A DNA stretch of 64,000 nucleotides from NCBI RefSeq assembly GCF_009914755.1, contig NC_060928.1; one strand, 5' to 3'. The stretch comes from the human T2T-CHM13v2.0 reference genome, Homo sapiens. The notes under the pieces are model-generated. The model saw only the letters and a list, made by a program, of their open reading frames with translations, made no database searches and was not told where the DNA came from. A program made the translations under genes and the position numbers. Below, in pieces: positions 41,628-60,889 of this stretch (position 1 is its first letter; each line of letters begins with the position of its first letter).

Positions 41628-44418
41628 TCCCCATTGAATTTACAAGGATCCAATCTAAGGTGCAAAGTGAAGGCAAACCCAAGAATAAAGGCAAATCTGT
41701 TGTTCCATCATCAGAGGGCATCAATGTGTGTTAATCAGAAAGAGTTGCTATGTATTTGGTTCCCTGAAGGCGTGACATGAATTCCCTTATTTCAGAAATC
41801 TTGAAAATGGGTCTATTTGACTATATTTGGCTACCTGATGATTGTGCAGTGCATCTAGTATGTTTGCCAATGACATATGTTTCTGCCCATTGGTTAAACT
41901 TCTTTTCTCATGCTTAAAAGAAACAACTTAGAGTACAATCAAATGAATGTACTTCTCTTACTCCATCTTCCATTGTTCCCTTCTCACTAAGAAACATACT
42001 TCCTGGTTTTTAACTTGAGAATGTTTCCTATCCTCCTATCTTGTTGCTGGTGTGCTTCTACCACATTGCTACCTGGCTAAATATTTTTTACCATTCAGAA
42101 TTCAGAAGGTATTTCTTCCAGAAAGGCTTTTCAAACTGGGTTAAAAAGCATCTTAATGCGGTCTATTACTGCCCTTGATAATTCGTTAAGGTTATGTGTT
42201 GATTTCCCCATTTCAGAAACTGCCCAATGAGTTACCCATGGAGTGAGGAACAAATATCTTAGTTATTGTGCACCTTGGTGGCCTATAGGTGCTTGGGCTC
42301 ATCCAACTGAGAAAAACTGCCTTCTTCCCATTCCTTTCCTGCACAATATCCAATTTAATTCCTCAGAAGTATCTTGTGAGATAGATTATTGGAGCCATGG
42401 CAAAAGCTCAGAGAATGTATGTGATAAACACCATTTTTTTTTCTGATATGAAGTCCACTATATATTCTTTCAGAAACACAAAAGAGCAATGTTTCATGGA
42501 GCCACTATTTTGGCTTTATATGGAAAGTCACAGTTTTGTTGAGCTTTTTATATTTTAGGGTTTTTTTTTATTTGTTTGTTTGCCTTTGGCAAACCCTTGA
42601 TTGACACTTTGAGTCAACATGCAAACTTATCTGATGTTCTTAACTAAACTTACCAGCTGCTAATATATTATCTGACAGTAAATTAAACTAATCTAATGCA
42701 TTCAATGAAAGCAGTCAATAAAAATGTCCACTAGTTTTTTACGTACGCATTTAACTCTTGGTGTGTTAGGCCCAAGAGTCCAGGTTAAAATACCCTGAAA
42801 AGTGGAATTTCGTATTCATTTATTTGTCTGGGTTGATATTTTGACTGAACCATTGCTGTCATTTTCTTTTCACTACTTTTATTAAGGGTTTATTTTGTTC
42901 CAGCCACTGGGCTAGGCATTAGGCAATCATTTCATTGTTTGGTTCTCTTGAGTAGGTGTTTTTATTATGCCCATTTTGTAGGAGAGAAAAAAAATTCTTA
43001 GAACAATTCAGTTAAAAATGAAAAATAAAGTCTATGAGATGTCTAGGTTAGAATTTTCACAGAGATCTGTCAGTCTTCATAAGCTACACTCAAAACTAGT
43101 AAGCTTCTTAAATTTGACTCAAGTGTAAGTACATAATTATAATTCCATGTATTTTTTAAATTATGCTTTTAACATTTTCTGGACAATTTTACATTCATTA
43201 TCCCAGTGAATTCTCACTTCAGTTCTTGAGCTGAGCCCTGCAAGTAGGATGAAAAGATTGGGACGAAAGAGGGTCATTTAGTGACTAAGAGGCAGGGCCG
43301 GTGCTAGGAGCTGGATTTTCTGACTCATCCCCAGGCTCACTCACTTGACAGCGTCGCTTTAATCAAAGGCAGCATCACTTAAGTACCCTAGCGATCTCCC
43401 CAAGTGAATGCTTCTTCATCCTTCAATAAATGCCTTCTGTACTTTCTCCATTTTACTTTATTTAGAAAGAGTATCTTTCTTTAATGCCCATTTTTCACTG
43501 CATTAAGGATGGAAAGCAGCTTTACTGTGAAAAGAAACAAAAATTGCCCTGAAATGCAAACTGGAGGCTGAAAAAGTTTCAAACTTTGGTGTAACAGCCA
43601 CCTCTCTGCACACTCATGGGAATTGTACTGCAAGGTAATGGAGGCTTTAGGGGTTTGGTAGACCTTAATACATACCTTTTTGATGCTGTGAGCACAGTAA
43701 GAGTCTTCCGAATCACCTATTAAATGGACAGATAGTAGGTATTTGAGTGACCTATTAAATCCTAAACATCAAAATATAAAATGATAAATGGTGTTTGTAT
43801 GACACCCTGAAATGGTGTCTTTAATAATCATAAAATGCTGATTTGGCTTAAAGTACCCTAATTATGTATTAGTTTTTCAAAAGTGATTATATATGTGTGT
43901 GTATATGTGTGTATATGTATGTATTTCAATGTAAAGATGTGTTTTGAATTATAAATATATAAATATAATATATTTCAGTGTTATAAATATAATATATTTC
44001 AGACTAAAAATGTCAAAATCAGACCATGCTTTCATAAAGAAAGATAGGTAGAAAGTAGAATCATTTTTTTTGGTGAATCATAAACAAAAAAGTCCTTAAA
44101 GGTCTGGTCAAATTTAAAGACCCAGAGAACAAAGCACTGAAGTACTTCTGTTCCCCAAGACGCTGTGAAGAGAAATAAATTAACATGTATTTAGCAAAGC
44201 CCTGAGCAAAGGCATTTAAAAAAGATAATTCAATTTAAGTCTTATTACCATTCCATGAGACAGCATTATCTCATTTTATGGATGTAGAAGTTAAAGCTCA
44301 GAGAGGTTAAACACATATTATGGTCACATGGCTAGAAGGCAAATTCTCATCGGCTTTACGATGTCATACTCTTTGTGTGGTAGTCATTTGGTTTTTCTTT
44401 AACTAAGAAAATGAATTA

Positions 44419-44463
44419 AACACATACACACACAACACACATACACACACACACACGCACACA
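44419..44463 (+). repeat. Imperfect (AC)n microsatellite
   Basis: Read directly. Confidence 0.85.
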
Positions 44464-46241
44464 TTTGTAAACTCAGCTATATTTAAAACAAAAACACATA
44501 CTATTGCAGGCCAAACAGTATATGTGTATTTATTCCTTATGGACAGCAGCTACATCTGAAGGAGGGCTTGTGTTGCTGGAAACTGACCCCTGCCCCATCT
44601 TTAATGGGAGGGAGGTTCCCAAGGAACATGTGTGAAATCCTTGGGACACATGGAACACAATTTGAAAACTGCTAATAATGATGCAAGAGTCTTGTTTTGT
44701 TTTTAAGGAGCAAGAATTGGAGATCCAGAAACTCTAAATGACTTGTCTAAGACTACCCTAGAGTCTGATGCACCCCTGAGCCAATGATTTCCATCTATTA
44801 CACTTAAACCTAATTCATCTAAAATGAGGATTGTCTGTGCTGGCACTCAGCACACAGTGGGAACTTGATAGATACTCACTGAACAGATGAAGCTATGTGA
44901 AAATACCTCATCTCTAACTACACTCAATCAATACTGATTTAATTCATTTCTCACCACCATATCAGTTGGCCATATTAATCTTATTTTCTAAAGGAGAGTC
45001 TTTGACACAAGTGATGAAAGGGGCTTATTTATGATCACTGAGCTCTTAAGAGGCTGAACTGGGATTCAATCAGATCCAAATCTAAATCCGGTGCACTTTT
45101 GAAAAGCAACCAGCTATTCTCCACAGGTATTGAGAGAACCAAATGGTGTAGAAAATTTGATATAAAAGGCACCTCAAAAAAGCATAATTTATTATATAAA
45201 TATAAAACATTGTATTTATTTCAGTATCACCTGCTTTTCCCAAAAGGTTTTCACTCTACCCATTCAAGTTGATTATGCAGCTGGGGTTAATGGCAGAATG
45301 AAATGATGCAAGACACACGAAGTGGAAGGGAATTATCTCCAAACGTCAAATGTGTATATGCAATGCTAGGATTACAAGTTTGGGCAGCTGCTGAGCATGT
45401 CATCTTCCACCAGAGGCATCTTTCTCTCAAAGACAGAATGCTGGAGCCTTGGTTTAAGTCCTGAATCTGCTTCTAAACAGCATTACTTTAGGCTAATTAA
45501 AAGTACTCCATGGGACTCAGTTTCCTCATTCGTAAGCTGAGAGTAATAATACGCCACTCATAGGCTTATTACGGGATAAGCAGCAAGGAAAAGATCTCAG
45601 CTGGGAGTCAGATGGCTTGGGATGGAACCCAGTACTCCCACTCATAAACCACTGGCCTTAGGCATGTTACTCAATCTTCCTGTCTTTCATATCAAGTGGG
45701 GGTAATAGTGTTAAATAACAGCATCGATAGTCATAGTTTAATATTATGAGAGTTAATACACGGGGAATACTGAGAACCCTCTCAAAACAGAATACAGCTC
45801 AAGAGTGGTTGGCTGTGTGTATTTTAAATGATCTCATTACATACCCTAACATAGAGGTGGTGGTATGCAGAATTGACAGTGCAGTTCACAAAATGCTGCC
45901 TTCACCGCTGGCTCATTTCATCTTCACAGCTATCCTACTAGGGCTGTTGTGAAGATGCCTTCTGGGACTGGGGAGCCTCCTCTGTAGAGGCTCATCCTAC
46001 TGTCTCTGCCAGACCTGAAGAGACCTCAGCTTACATGGACCCTTATCCTGCCTGGCTGCCTGCAGCCACAGTCATGTTCCCCAGGGAGCATAGCAAGAAA
46101 TGCTCATCCCAACTGCACCCCTGAGCTAAGACTCAGCCTCACTTCATTCCTGAATCCTACAGCCTTCCTGTCCTGGGAACTGGGCATCAATGCAGACACT
46201 GCAAGTATCCCTTTACATCTTCAGTTCAATGTCTTATTTTC

Positions 46242-50252
<4,011 letters not shown>

Positions 50253-51154
50253 CAATGTCTTATTTTCATGCCAAAATAGGTTCCTTTGATCACCTCGCTA
50301 CAATATAAACTATGCAGTTTATTTATTCTTGTTCTTGTTGTTTGTTTCTTTGTTTTCTTTTAACTCCTGGCCATGTAAGATTGGTGAATACTGAAGAGTA
50401 CCTTTTGTTTTTTGAAATACATAATTCATAGCAATTTGAAGCTCATGAGGAATCTTGCATCATTTCCCTAATTATTTGCCTTACAATTTCCTATTTTTCT
50501 GTTCTAATACCACTTATACAAATTTTAAAAGCATAAAATGTATATTTTTACATATACATACATGACTGGAAAAAATAATAAAAATTTGAAACAGAAGCGT
50601 CTTGATTTAAGGTCTTAAATACATTTGTGAAGAAATTTGATAAGACTAGGATTTGACTAGGTAGGAAAAGCCTTCACCTTCCCCTGGAGATTGTTACTTT
50701 CCATGGTTATTTCATGACATTGGATGATCCTACCTTGAGATCGTCCTGCTTAATTGTTGTCTCTTTGTTTTCTTTCAACATTCCCCCTCAATTTTAACAA
50801 GTTTCCTGTGAACATCCATTTTGAAGCTCATGGTAGTTCTGGCTCTGCCTTGGGGTTCTCACAGGTTTGCTCAGGGGATGATCCGACGAGAACAAGTATA
50901 GGCTTTTCACGGTTGCCTCCTCTCTGTGCAGGTTCTTGGGAGAACAGTCCAGCAGAATCAGTTATCAAGTAAAAGTCACAACCATAAGTTCAATGCCACT
51001 GATTCATGCAACAGGTAGAACTATCACAAGTCCCATCATCATCTCCTCCTCTTCTGTGCTTCCTGACAGGACACAGGCAGGTTACTGAGTAGATGGATTG
51101 ACCAGAGCTTCCTATAATACCAAGGAAAGTTTCACGGAGAACATCTGGAATTAA

Positions 51155-51617
51155 GTCAACTTGAGTGGATTGAAGGATGCAAAGTATTTTTCCTGGGTGT
51201 GTCTGTCAGGGCGTTGCCAAAGGAGATCAACATTTGAGTCAGTGGCCCGGAAGAGGCAGACCCACCCTCTATCTGGGTAGGCACCATCTAATCAGTTGCC
51301 AGTGTGGCTGGAATAAAGCAGGCAGAAGAACATGGAAGGACTTGACTTGCTGTCTTCTGGCCTTCATCTTTCTCCTGTGGTGGATGCTTCCTGCCCTTGA
51401 ACCTTAGACTCCAGGTTCTTCAGCTTTTGGACTCTTGGACTTACACCAGTAATTTGCCAGGGGCTGTCTCTCTAGCATCCTTGCTCCTCAGCTTGCAGAC
51501 AGCCTATTGTGGGACTTCAATTTGTGATTGCATGAGTCAATACTTCTTAATAAATTCTCCTCCATATATACATCTGTCCTGTTTTTTCTGTTCCTTTAGA
51601 GAACCCTAATTAATACA
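51155..51617 (+). mobile_element. MLT2A-type (HERV-L) LTR, slightly 5'-truncated
   Basis: GTCAACTTGA.TGGATTGAAGGATGCAAAGTATT.TTCCTGGGTGTGTCTGT ... AATAAA ... GAGAACCCTAA.TAATACA. Confidence 0.88.
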
Positions 51618-53379
51618 GATTTATTCTCTTCCAGATTCTTTTTAGAAAAATTACAGAGAATATTGGATTATCCTTCTCTCCCACATATAACTCTCTCAGC
51701 CTCCAGCACCTCCCAAATGAAAAGCAAACCAGCCCAACATGCACTCCGGTGTCAGGATAATATGGGCCAAGCACAATCAGCAAAATAACGTTGATCCCTT
51801 TGCTCCTCCCTCCAATGTTGTATTCCCTTTATGAAGAAGCAGTTTAGTGTCCTTGAGCTCTCCAACTACTACTTGATGCATATCAGTGTTTTATGGCCTC
51901 TTCTAAAAGGAGTAAATGATACGTATTTCATATAGGGAGAACCTGAAGCTCAATGATCAACTAATTTTAGCAAATTCCTTCAGTGAACAAATAACAAAAT
52001 TAGGCCTTGGGACTCAATACCAATAAAATAATGCTCCTACTCTTTCCACCTGTATCCTCAAAATTATGAACAAGGGTGAGGACAGTGATGAAAAATAAGA
52101 GAAGGTGACCAACATCACATAATCATCTGCTTGGTACCAAGAACATGTTAAGTAGAGACATTATTCTTCCTCCTGCGGGTCTTGCTCGTAGGATACCACT
52201 GAGAGAACCACTTCTAGAAGTGAAGACCTTGAATTTTATTTATTCATTCACATATGCACCAACAATAATTCATTATATCAGAGATTGATGAGTGGCTTTG
52301 ACCTTAATAATTGTGAAAATGAGGAAAGAGCAAAGTGGGGAGTTTTGTGTAGGTAAATCAAGATCAAGTTCCCAGCAAAAGCCAAGAGACTAATAAGAAG
52401 CCTGAAAGGGGAAGCAATAGTAGCCATTATCAATCAACAAATGACAAAAATGACATATCCATGGGCATCTATTTTATATTCCCAGCATTGTGAATGCAGG
52501 TTCAGAGTTAATGACTCAAGTTGAATTCTTCTTTGGAATATTTTAACTTTAATTTTATCAGTGTCTTGCATTTATTTTGCATTATCTCACCCAAAGTAAC
52601 TTCACATCAATTGCTCTATTTGGTTATCAAAAGTGCTATGGACAAGGCAGTGCACAAAAGGTGAACTGCACAAGGGCACTCCTAAGTGGCAAAATAAAAA
52701 CTAAATAAAAATGCTCATCTCTTTTCATTACCCAATGCTCACTTTTAATCTAAGTGGGTTTTATGGAATCAGATCCTACCAACCAACAAAGCACTGCACT
52801 CATGTTAGATGTATGTAAAAAGAGATATATAAATAGATTCAATTACTTGACTGCAAGAGCATTTTTTTTTTCTCTTTGGAATGTTACCTTCTTTCCCTCT
52901 GTGGAGTTGTATCAATGACAACCTGCTAACTTCCCCATCAGAGAACAACTCTGTTGTTTGTTTTATCCCAAAGTAGCACAAGAGTGGTTTTTCTATTCTC
53001 TTTTACTTTTTTTCCATAGTGGGAAAATCCTCCTGTGAAACGCCCTGGAATATAGGAATTGGAACTTTGATTAGCAGCAGGCTGATTTTATTTTGTGGTG
53101 GTGTAAATTAATCTCTCGATGTTCAGAAAGTCCTGTCCCCACAGGATCTTATCTTTTGCGCACTTCAAAGGACATCCTCTGTGTCTGGGAAGCTGTGAAG
53201 ATTCAGTGTTAAACACTGAAAAGTAATAGCTTTGCTTACATATGACCAAAGACATGTTTTGAGGTCAAATTGGGTTTTTCTGTTTGTTTTATTTAGAATC
53301 AAAGACATTCAAAATACTGAACACTTATTAGCATTTCAAGCTTTGTCCTAAGTGTGTATCTGCAGAAATAGCACACCAG

Positions 53380-53772
53380 TCTTCCACCATTGCCCCAGGC
53401 CCGCCACATTTGGCTCACTCTTATTCATCCATCAAGTCAATGATTAGTTTTCTCTTCCTCAGAAAACAAAGTATCTTGATTCCTTTATGCACTTTCCATG
53501 ACCCAACACAACCAATGTTACATGTCAAGCCTCTCCTTCACTCCTCAGTGTTCCTGCAGCTTCTGCACATAATCCTATCAGCAGTCATCACACTGTAAAT
53601 TATGCACTTAACTCCCCCCCAGTAGATTGTGCACTCCTTGTGAATAGGAATGAAAGAACTGTCACCTCTATCATTTATAATGATTGACAGAATACTCAGT
53701 ATTTAGTAAACCCTCAGATCATATTTATTGAATGGATGATGCATGAGTGACTGAATGAATAAATGAATGATT
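53380..53772 (+). mobile_element. L2 LINE 3' portion
   Basis: TAGATTGTGCACTCCTTG...ATTTATTGAATG...GAATGAATAAATGAATGA. Confidence 0.6.
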
Positions 53773-54669
53773 GTTCTTAATCTCTAAAACAATCTTCCAT
53801 GATAGATAACAGACCATAAAGTTTTGAGATGGGAAAGCTAGGATCATAATGCTTAATTCATAATAATGGTTATATAAAAAATAAATTATAGGGATAAAAT
53901 TAAATTCAATGTTTTAGTATTTTAAAATCTCCCTCTACCTAGAAGCTACAGAGGAAAGTTTGTAAAAAATGTAGCTCTGATTGTCAATTCTTGCACAATT
54001 AATTAAGCCAGCAAGTATAGCTTGGTGGATACTATATATATGTATGTATTCATAATGACACAAGGTTTGACAACAAAAAATCCTCTGGAAGAGATGTCTC
54101 AGGAATAGTACTTTCACTGAAATCAAGAAAGGATCTGCCAACTCTAAGCTCCTAAGAGCCAAAGAAAACAAAAGAGTAAGATTCAAAAAAATATGACCCA
54201 GTGTTAAAAACAATAAGAAAGGATTATGGAAGAAAGTTCCCAAGGACTTCTGAGAAGAGACTTCGTGATTTCCCGGGAGCTTTGGTTTTCAGGAGTGATA
54301 TATGTTTGATTGGACCCTGCTATTTGGCGGGGCAACTTCTTGATCCGCTGGACCAGGGGATCCCAATACAAAGTTCAGCAGCCTACGAGCCTGTCACATT
54401 TGCCCCTGGAATATTCACTCACTCTATTTCCAAGAGACTGAGTATTTAAATAAAAATAAGCTTTCTTACAACTAATTTCTCACCAATTATTTTAAAGAAT
54501 GACATCATAATTTTTAAAACAGAAATGAAATTAACCCATATAAAAATGATAAATTGTATGCATTTTATAACTGTCTTAATGTAAATTTCCGATATAAATG
54601 ACCATTGGTTTAATTTTAAAAAAGGCATAGTTCTAATAGGAACCCTAGTGATGCAAAACAACATGGGAT

Positions 54670-55040
54670 GTGATGGTTAGAATACTTGGAGTTGAGTACC
54701 AGCTCTGCTATGTCCTAACTATGTGAATTTGGATATGTCTTTTAGTTTTTGTGAACCTCAGATTCTTAGCATGTAGAATGCAGAGTATGGGAATCCCAAT
54801 ACCTGTTTCCAAGGGTGAATAACAAGAGTGAATGAGGCAACGTATAATGAAAATGCCTAGCACAATTTATTGTAGGAGGACCACAGGGCTGTCGCCAGCC
54901 TTGCTAGCTCACTTCCATGTTTACTAGTTGTGTGATTTTGGGCGACTTGTGTGATCTGTCTGATCTTCATTGAATCTTGTCTGTGAAACAGAGAAAATAG
55001 TAACTGTCTTATAGGGTGGCTATGAAAAGTAATACATTAA
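54670..55040 (+). mobile_element. MIR relics
   Basis: CAGCTCTGCTA...CTATGTGAATTTGG; TTACTAGTTGTGTGATTTTGGGC core motifs. Confidence 0.55.
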
Positions 55041-55042
55041 TA

Positions 55043-55789
<747 letters not shown>

Positions 55790-57207
55790 TCATTTTTTCT
55801 TCTCTGGCAGTTTCTTCAGTCATAAAATGGGGATTCAAAATGCCTATCACAAAAGTTAATTTTAAGAATTAGAGTTATATATTAATCACATTCTTTAGCT
55901 TGGCAATATTTTAGTTGTTAACATTATGATATAACACCTTCTTATAGGGCATTAAATGACAATTCTCTCTTCATCTTGTGCTTTTCTTAAGGAAAAAATT
56001 AGACAAAAGGACTCATGTCTAGTATCTTTAAGGCCAGCATTTTATCCAAACTGCTTGACAGGACATTGCCTTAGAGAGGACTGTTCATATGGGTTTTAGT
56101 AATCTAAGTCAAAGTCCATGCTTCTTATCCATGCTCACTGAAGCATGTTGCACAGCCTGCGTTCAGAGGCAGCCACATTCTCAGAAATAGGCTAAAGAGC
56201 CTCCGAGAAGCTGACAGCAGCTCCTAGACTTCCCAGACCCTTTCTACAAGAACCTGGTGATTGCAATGCAAATGGGTCATAGATGAGAAATAAATGCAGT
56301 GTAGTGTCTGGTAGCTCCACTGGTCATAGAATAATAGGTGGTTTTCTTTTATGTCTCCTTCCGCCACCCAAATTTACTCTCTCTGAGGAAAGTAATCACT
56401 AAACATTTGAGGAAATCGCATTAGCTTGGAGCCAGAGGACCTGCATTCTAGCCCTGCCTCTAGAAATTGCTATTTGTATCATAGGGACTGCCCGGGTGAT
56501 GTTTCTGAACCCCCATCAACTCTCTTGATGTATAAAATGAAGAAAAAGTCTACTCTTCAAAGTAAATAGTCTGTATGACATCGTTCTGCAAATTCGACCA
56601 TGCCAAACACGTTATTATTATAATTATTATACTTACATGATTGCTATTCCCTTCATGAGGTGTGAGGGGAACATATTTTAGTCCCCGTTCTCAAGGAGTT
56701 ATGACCTTGAACTGGATAAAGTCACGTGATACAATGGATGAAGAGATGAAATCTAACCCCATTTTAAATGCATCTCAGAAAGCATAATTATAGTCTTTAG
56801 TCTCCAGAAACAAATGGAGTAAAAATCCTCTTTTGTATGAGGATTGTCCTATGGTCAATGTATGGCCAAACTTACCTTGATCTTGGTTATACTCAATGGA
56901 ATGGTCTGGCACAATGAAGCTTCTCCATACCTAGTTTTCCAGCATGATTTATGGGACCGTCTTCAGACATACTAAATTTCAGTTCCAAGTTGGAGTCCCC
57001 ATGTGCTTTTCACATGAGCCTGCCTTTGCCTCTGTGCCTCGTGCTCTCTGTTTGAAATAACTTACCCTTGCCATGTGCTGACTGGCTCTGATCATCTCTG
57101 CCATGGCTTTTCCCCCTCTTCTAGAGCTCATTGTCTTCTCTCTACCAAAATAATCCTTTTCACATTGTGACAGGTTTGTTCCAAAAGTTCTTTATTTTCT
57201 CTGATAG

Positions 57208-57555
<348 letters not shown>

Positions 57556-57576
57556 TGATCTGATGTTTTAGTTCCT

Positions 57577-58368
57577 TGTGAACCCATGTTTTGAGCACAT
57601 GCATCTATACTGAATGCCAGTATCTGAGTGGCTTGCAGCCCTGCCCTAATGGGATACGAAGGGGAGCTGGACATAGGAGATTGAAGCATGTTCTTCATGG
57701 GATACTTATTTTGCCTGGTGGGCAGTCTAATGTTTAGCTGTTTAACTCAGAACCAGGGGATTCCTCACATGGGGAACATATTTATACTGGCAGGATCCTG
57801 TCGCTCTTGCCTGCACCCTGTCCAGTTTATGCCTGCTGGACCATCAACCTGATGCTGGGAGTCCAACCTTGTGTTTTCCTTGGCATCCCTGGGAAAACCC
57901 AACTGGGTTGGGAAAAGCCAACCCTTGTTCTTCAGAGAGAAAGTGCAAATTTCATCCACCGCCATAACAGGAAAAGGTTTAAAGATTTTTACTTACAGAT
58001 CCTGGGCAGGGGAGGGTGCAATGAGTCTGAAGGGAAGTCCTTTGTCCCTGAGTCACACAAGGCAGGAAAGAAGTCACATAGAGTGAGAGAGCACACATGT
58101 GGCAGTGAGCAATGTACATGAGGGAATGGGGTGTGGACCACTTTAAGGTCACAGGGAAAGGCCTGGATGGTCTGTTTAAAGGAAATGGCTGGAAAGTGGG
58201 GAGCCCAGTCTGCTAGTGGTTATCTCCGGCCACCACCTTGAACCATATGAGTTTGGCTTTAGAATTGGAAACTATGTCAAGGGTGGCTGAGTCCTGCTTC
58301 TGGTATGAGCAAGTTAAATTTGTATTCAAATTAGATGCCAAGACATAAAATTGTAAGAATGTGCTACA
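57577..58368 (-). mobile_element. MER54/MER74-type ERVL LTR
   Basis: The minus strand begins TGTAGCACATTCTTACAATTTTATGTCTTGGCATCTAATTTGAATACAAATTT, like recalled MER54 ends. TG...CA termini. It appears to interrupt an L2 relic. Confidence 0.65.
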
Positions 58369-59049
58369 GGCCCCTGGTTTATGGTGAATCCTTAGCAAAG
58401 TTCCAGAGAAAGAAAATAAATAAATAAACCAAAAAGAGCAAAGGAGAACCGTCAATGGGGTAGGTGGTTCAGAGGAAGGAGGCATGGGTATGAGGCAACT
58501 CTACAGCAACACTGAGGAAAAGTAGATGTGTTTTTCACCTGGACATAGATGTCTGTAGGGTCAACAGGTAGAAGGGAAAGGACTGTATTTGTCCAGTTTG
58601 AGTCCAGCGGCCATACCTATGACTGACAGATAGAAGTTAGCCAGCATAATTGACAACTTTCATGGTTGGGAGTTTCTCACTGTGCAAATAGATCAAATGT
58701 GGTTTGGGCAATTACAATGTGGAGACTTTGCTAATGGAGTTAATTGCTGTTTGTGAGTGGTGGGAGATGATTTCTACCCCCATAAAATTCTTTCTGTTCG
58801 TAACATCCTATTTTTCTGCAATTGCACATTCTATGATTCTCAGATAAATGATTTCTGAGGGAGAAAAATGGGGCATGCAAGAGAGAGAGAAAGAAAGAGT
58901 TTCATGTGAGATTGACAAGGAAGAGTGCCCTATGCGGACTCCTGTGATTCTGTCCTATTTCTTAATTTATTAAGCTTATTGCTAAGATCTATGACCAGGC
59001 TTTTTGCACTGGGGACTCAGTAAGATTTGAAGTGACTAACAGCTGAACA

Positions 59050-59359
59050 CTTTGTTCAGGTCTCTTCTCAATGCCACCCTCTGGAGAGGCCCTCCCTGTC
59101 CGTGCCTTCTAAAGGGGCACTTCTCCATCACCCTGTGATCCTTTACCCCATCTGAGATTTCTTCATAGCACACAATCACAATCTGAAACTTTATCAGATA
59201 CCTATTTATTGTTCGATTTCAATCTCTTTCAATATAGAATGTTAGCTCCAGGAAAGCAGGAACTTTGTATATTTTGTTCACCTTGATAGCCTCAGTTCCA
59301 AAAATAGTACCTGACACATGGGCAGCATCCAGTAAATGTTTGTTGAATGAATGAATAAA
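59050..59359 (+). mobile_element. L2a LINE 3' end
   Basis: TTCAGGTCTCTTCTCAATGCCACC...GAGAGGCCCTCCCTG...TAGAATGTTAGCTCCAGGAAAGCAGGAAC...GTTGAATGAATGAAT. Confidence 0.8.
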
Positions 59360-59979
59360 AGAAGGAGCTCAATTTACTTTAGCTTGCCTTAGGCTATTTG
59401 CCATGCTTGAAGCAGCTGGTGTACTGACACCAGATTCTGCTAACCTTTCAATAACCCCAAATAAAAGATGACTGCCACTAGCTTCCTATGTTCATACTAA
59501 AAAGATTACAAAAAGAGTGTTCCCTCCTTAAAATATACCTTATTGGACACTTCCCTACATCTGTTCAAATTACATCATGCAGATACAGATTTTGCAGTTA
59601 GACTTCTAAGTCAGGGTTCCCATTATCCCTGGACCCTACTTCATTGTCTTGCTTTGATCAGATCTTTTTGCCTGCCAGAAAATAAGTTCCCTGAGAGAGC
59701 AGAAACTGGCCTATTCCATTATTATTGCATCTGCAATTACGAGTGGCCACCCAATAAATAACCATTGTTCTATAAATATAAAATGAATAAATGGGGAAAA
59801 TAATTAAATGAATCGTTACAAGACCTTCCTAGTTCATCTCACTTGGTTTGTCTTTTCCTCAACTCAAATTATCATTTACTCTCAAACCAAACTGGTATTT
59901 CTGAAACAATATTTTGTACATGTCAGTTTTACGTATAAAAGCTTGCCATGACTTCCCATTGCCTACCGAATTAACCATG

Positions 59980-60889
59980 CATTATGGGTTAAATTTTTGT
60001 GACCCCAAACTGCTCTGGAGAACAAAGGTGGCAGGACCCCTGCCCAGCAGGTCCATTGGATGGGGATACTGCCCTGTGGGACCAAGTGTAAGTGTAGAGC
60101 ATCCCACTAGAGGGGATTATTCTTGAGCCTAAAGATCTAATTAAGTTTCTCTTGCTAGATTTTGGACTCTGGAGATTTGTTTCCCCTTCCTCTTTTCTAG
60201 TTCACCCTTTTGGAATGGAATGTCTACCCTATGCCTGTCTCACTGTTGTATTTCAGATGTGCATAACTTATCTGGTTTCACAGGTTCATAGCTACAGAGG
60301 AATCATATCTTCATTCCTCATGATGTCTCAAGATGAATCATGCATTGAGTCTCACCCATACCTGATTTAGATGATATTCATATGATACCCTGCACTTTAG
60401 ACTTTAGAGTTGAAGCTGAAATTAGTTAAAACTTTTGGGGCAGTTGGAATGGAATGAATGCATTTTGCATGAGAAAAATATATAAATTTGGGAAAGCCAA
60501 CAGTGGAGTGTTGTGGAATGAATGTTTAAATTTCCACAAGCTCTAAACCCCAGTGTCACTGAGTTTGAAGATGGGGCCTATAAGGAAGTAATTAAGGTTA
60601 AATGAGGCTCTAAAGGGTGAGTCTCTGACCCAACAGGATTAGTGTACATATAAGAAGAGACACCAGAGAACTCATTCCCTCTCGATGCACACATGATGCA
60701 GAAAGGCCATGGGAGGAATAGTGAGAATGCAGCTGTCTGCAAGCCAAGAAGAGTGCTCTCATTAGAAACCAACTCTGCCAGGCCTTGTTCTGGAATTTCT
60801 GCCTCCCAGAACTGTAAGAAAATGAATTTCTGTTGTTTAAGCCATCCAGCCTATGGTATTTTGTTATAGCAGCCCAGCAGATGAATACA
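59980..60889 (+). mobile_element. Internally deleted MLT1A-type MaLR provirus: 5' LTR stub, 3' internal region and 3' LTR (60509-60889)
   Basis: LTR-start-like CATTATGGGTTAAATT..GT.ACCCCAAA, MaLR-internal 3' motifs (GACTTTAGAGTTGA.GCTG.AAT.AGTTAA.ACTTTTGGGG), complete LTR. TSD CCATG at 59975-59979 and 60890-60894. Confidence 0.8.

Noticed and set aside
43958-44002. Short tandem duplication TATAAATATAATATATTTCAG
   Set aside because: An ordinary slippage duplication in AT-rich DNA.
50860-50975. Possible micro-exons (CTCTCTGTGCAG|GTTC...CAA|GTAAAA); similar weak signals at 54060-54420
   Set aside because: The donors are weak and there is no recognisable peptide; such motifs are expected by chance.
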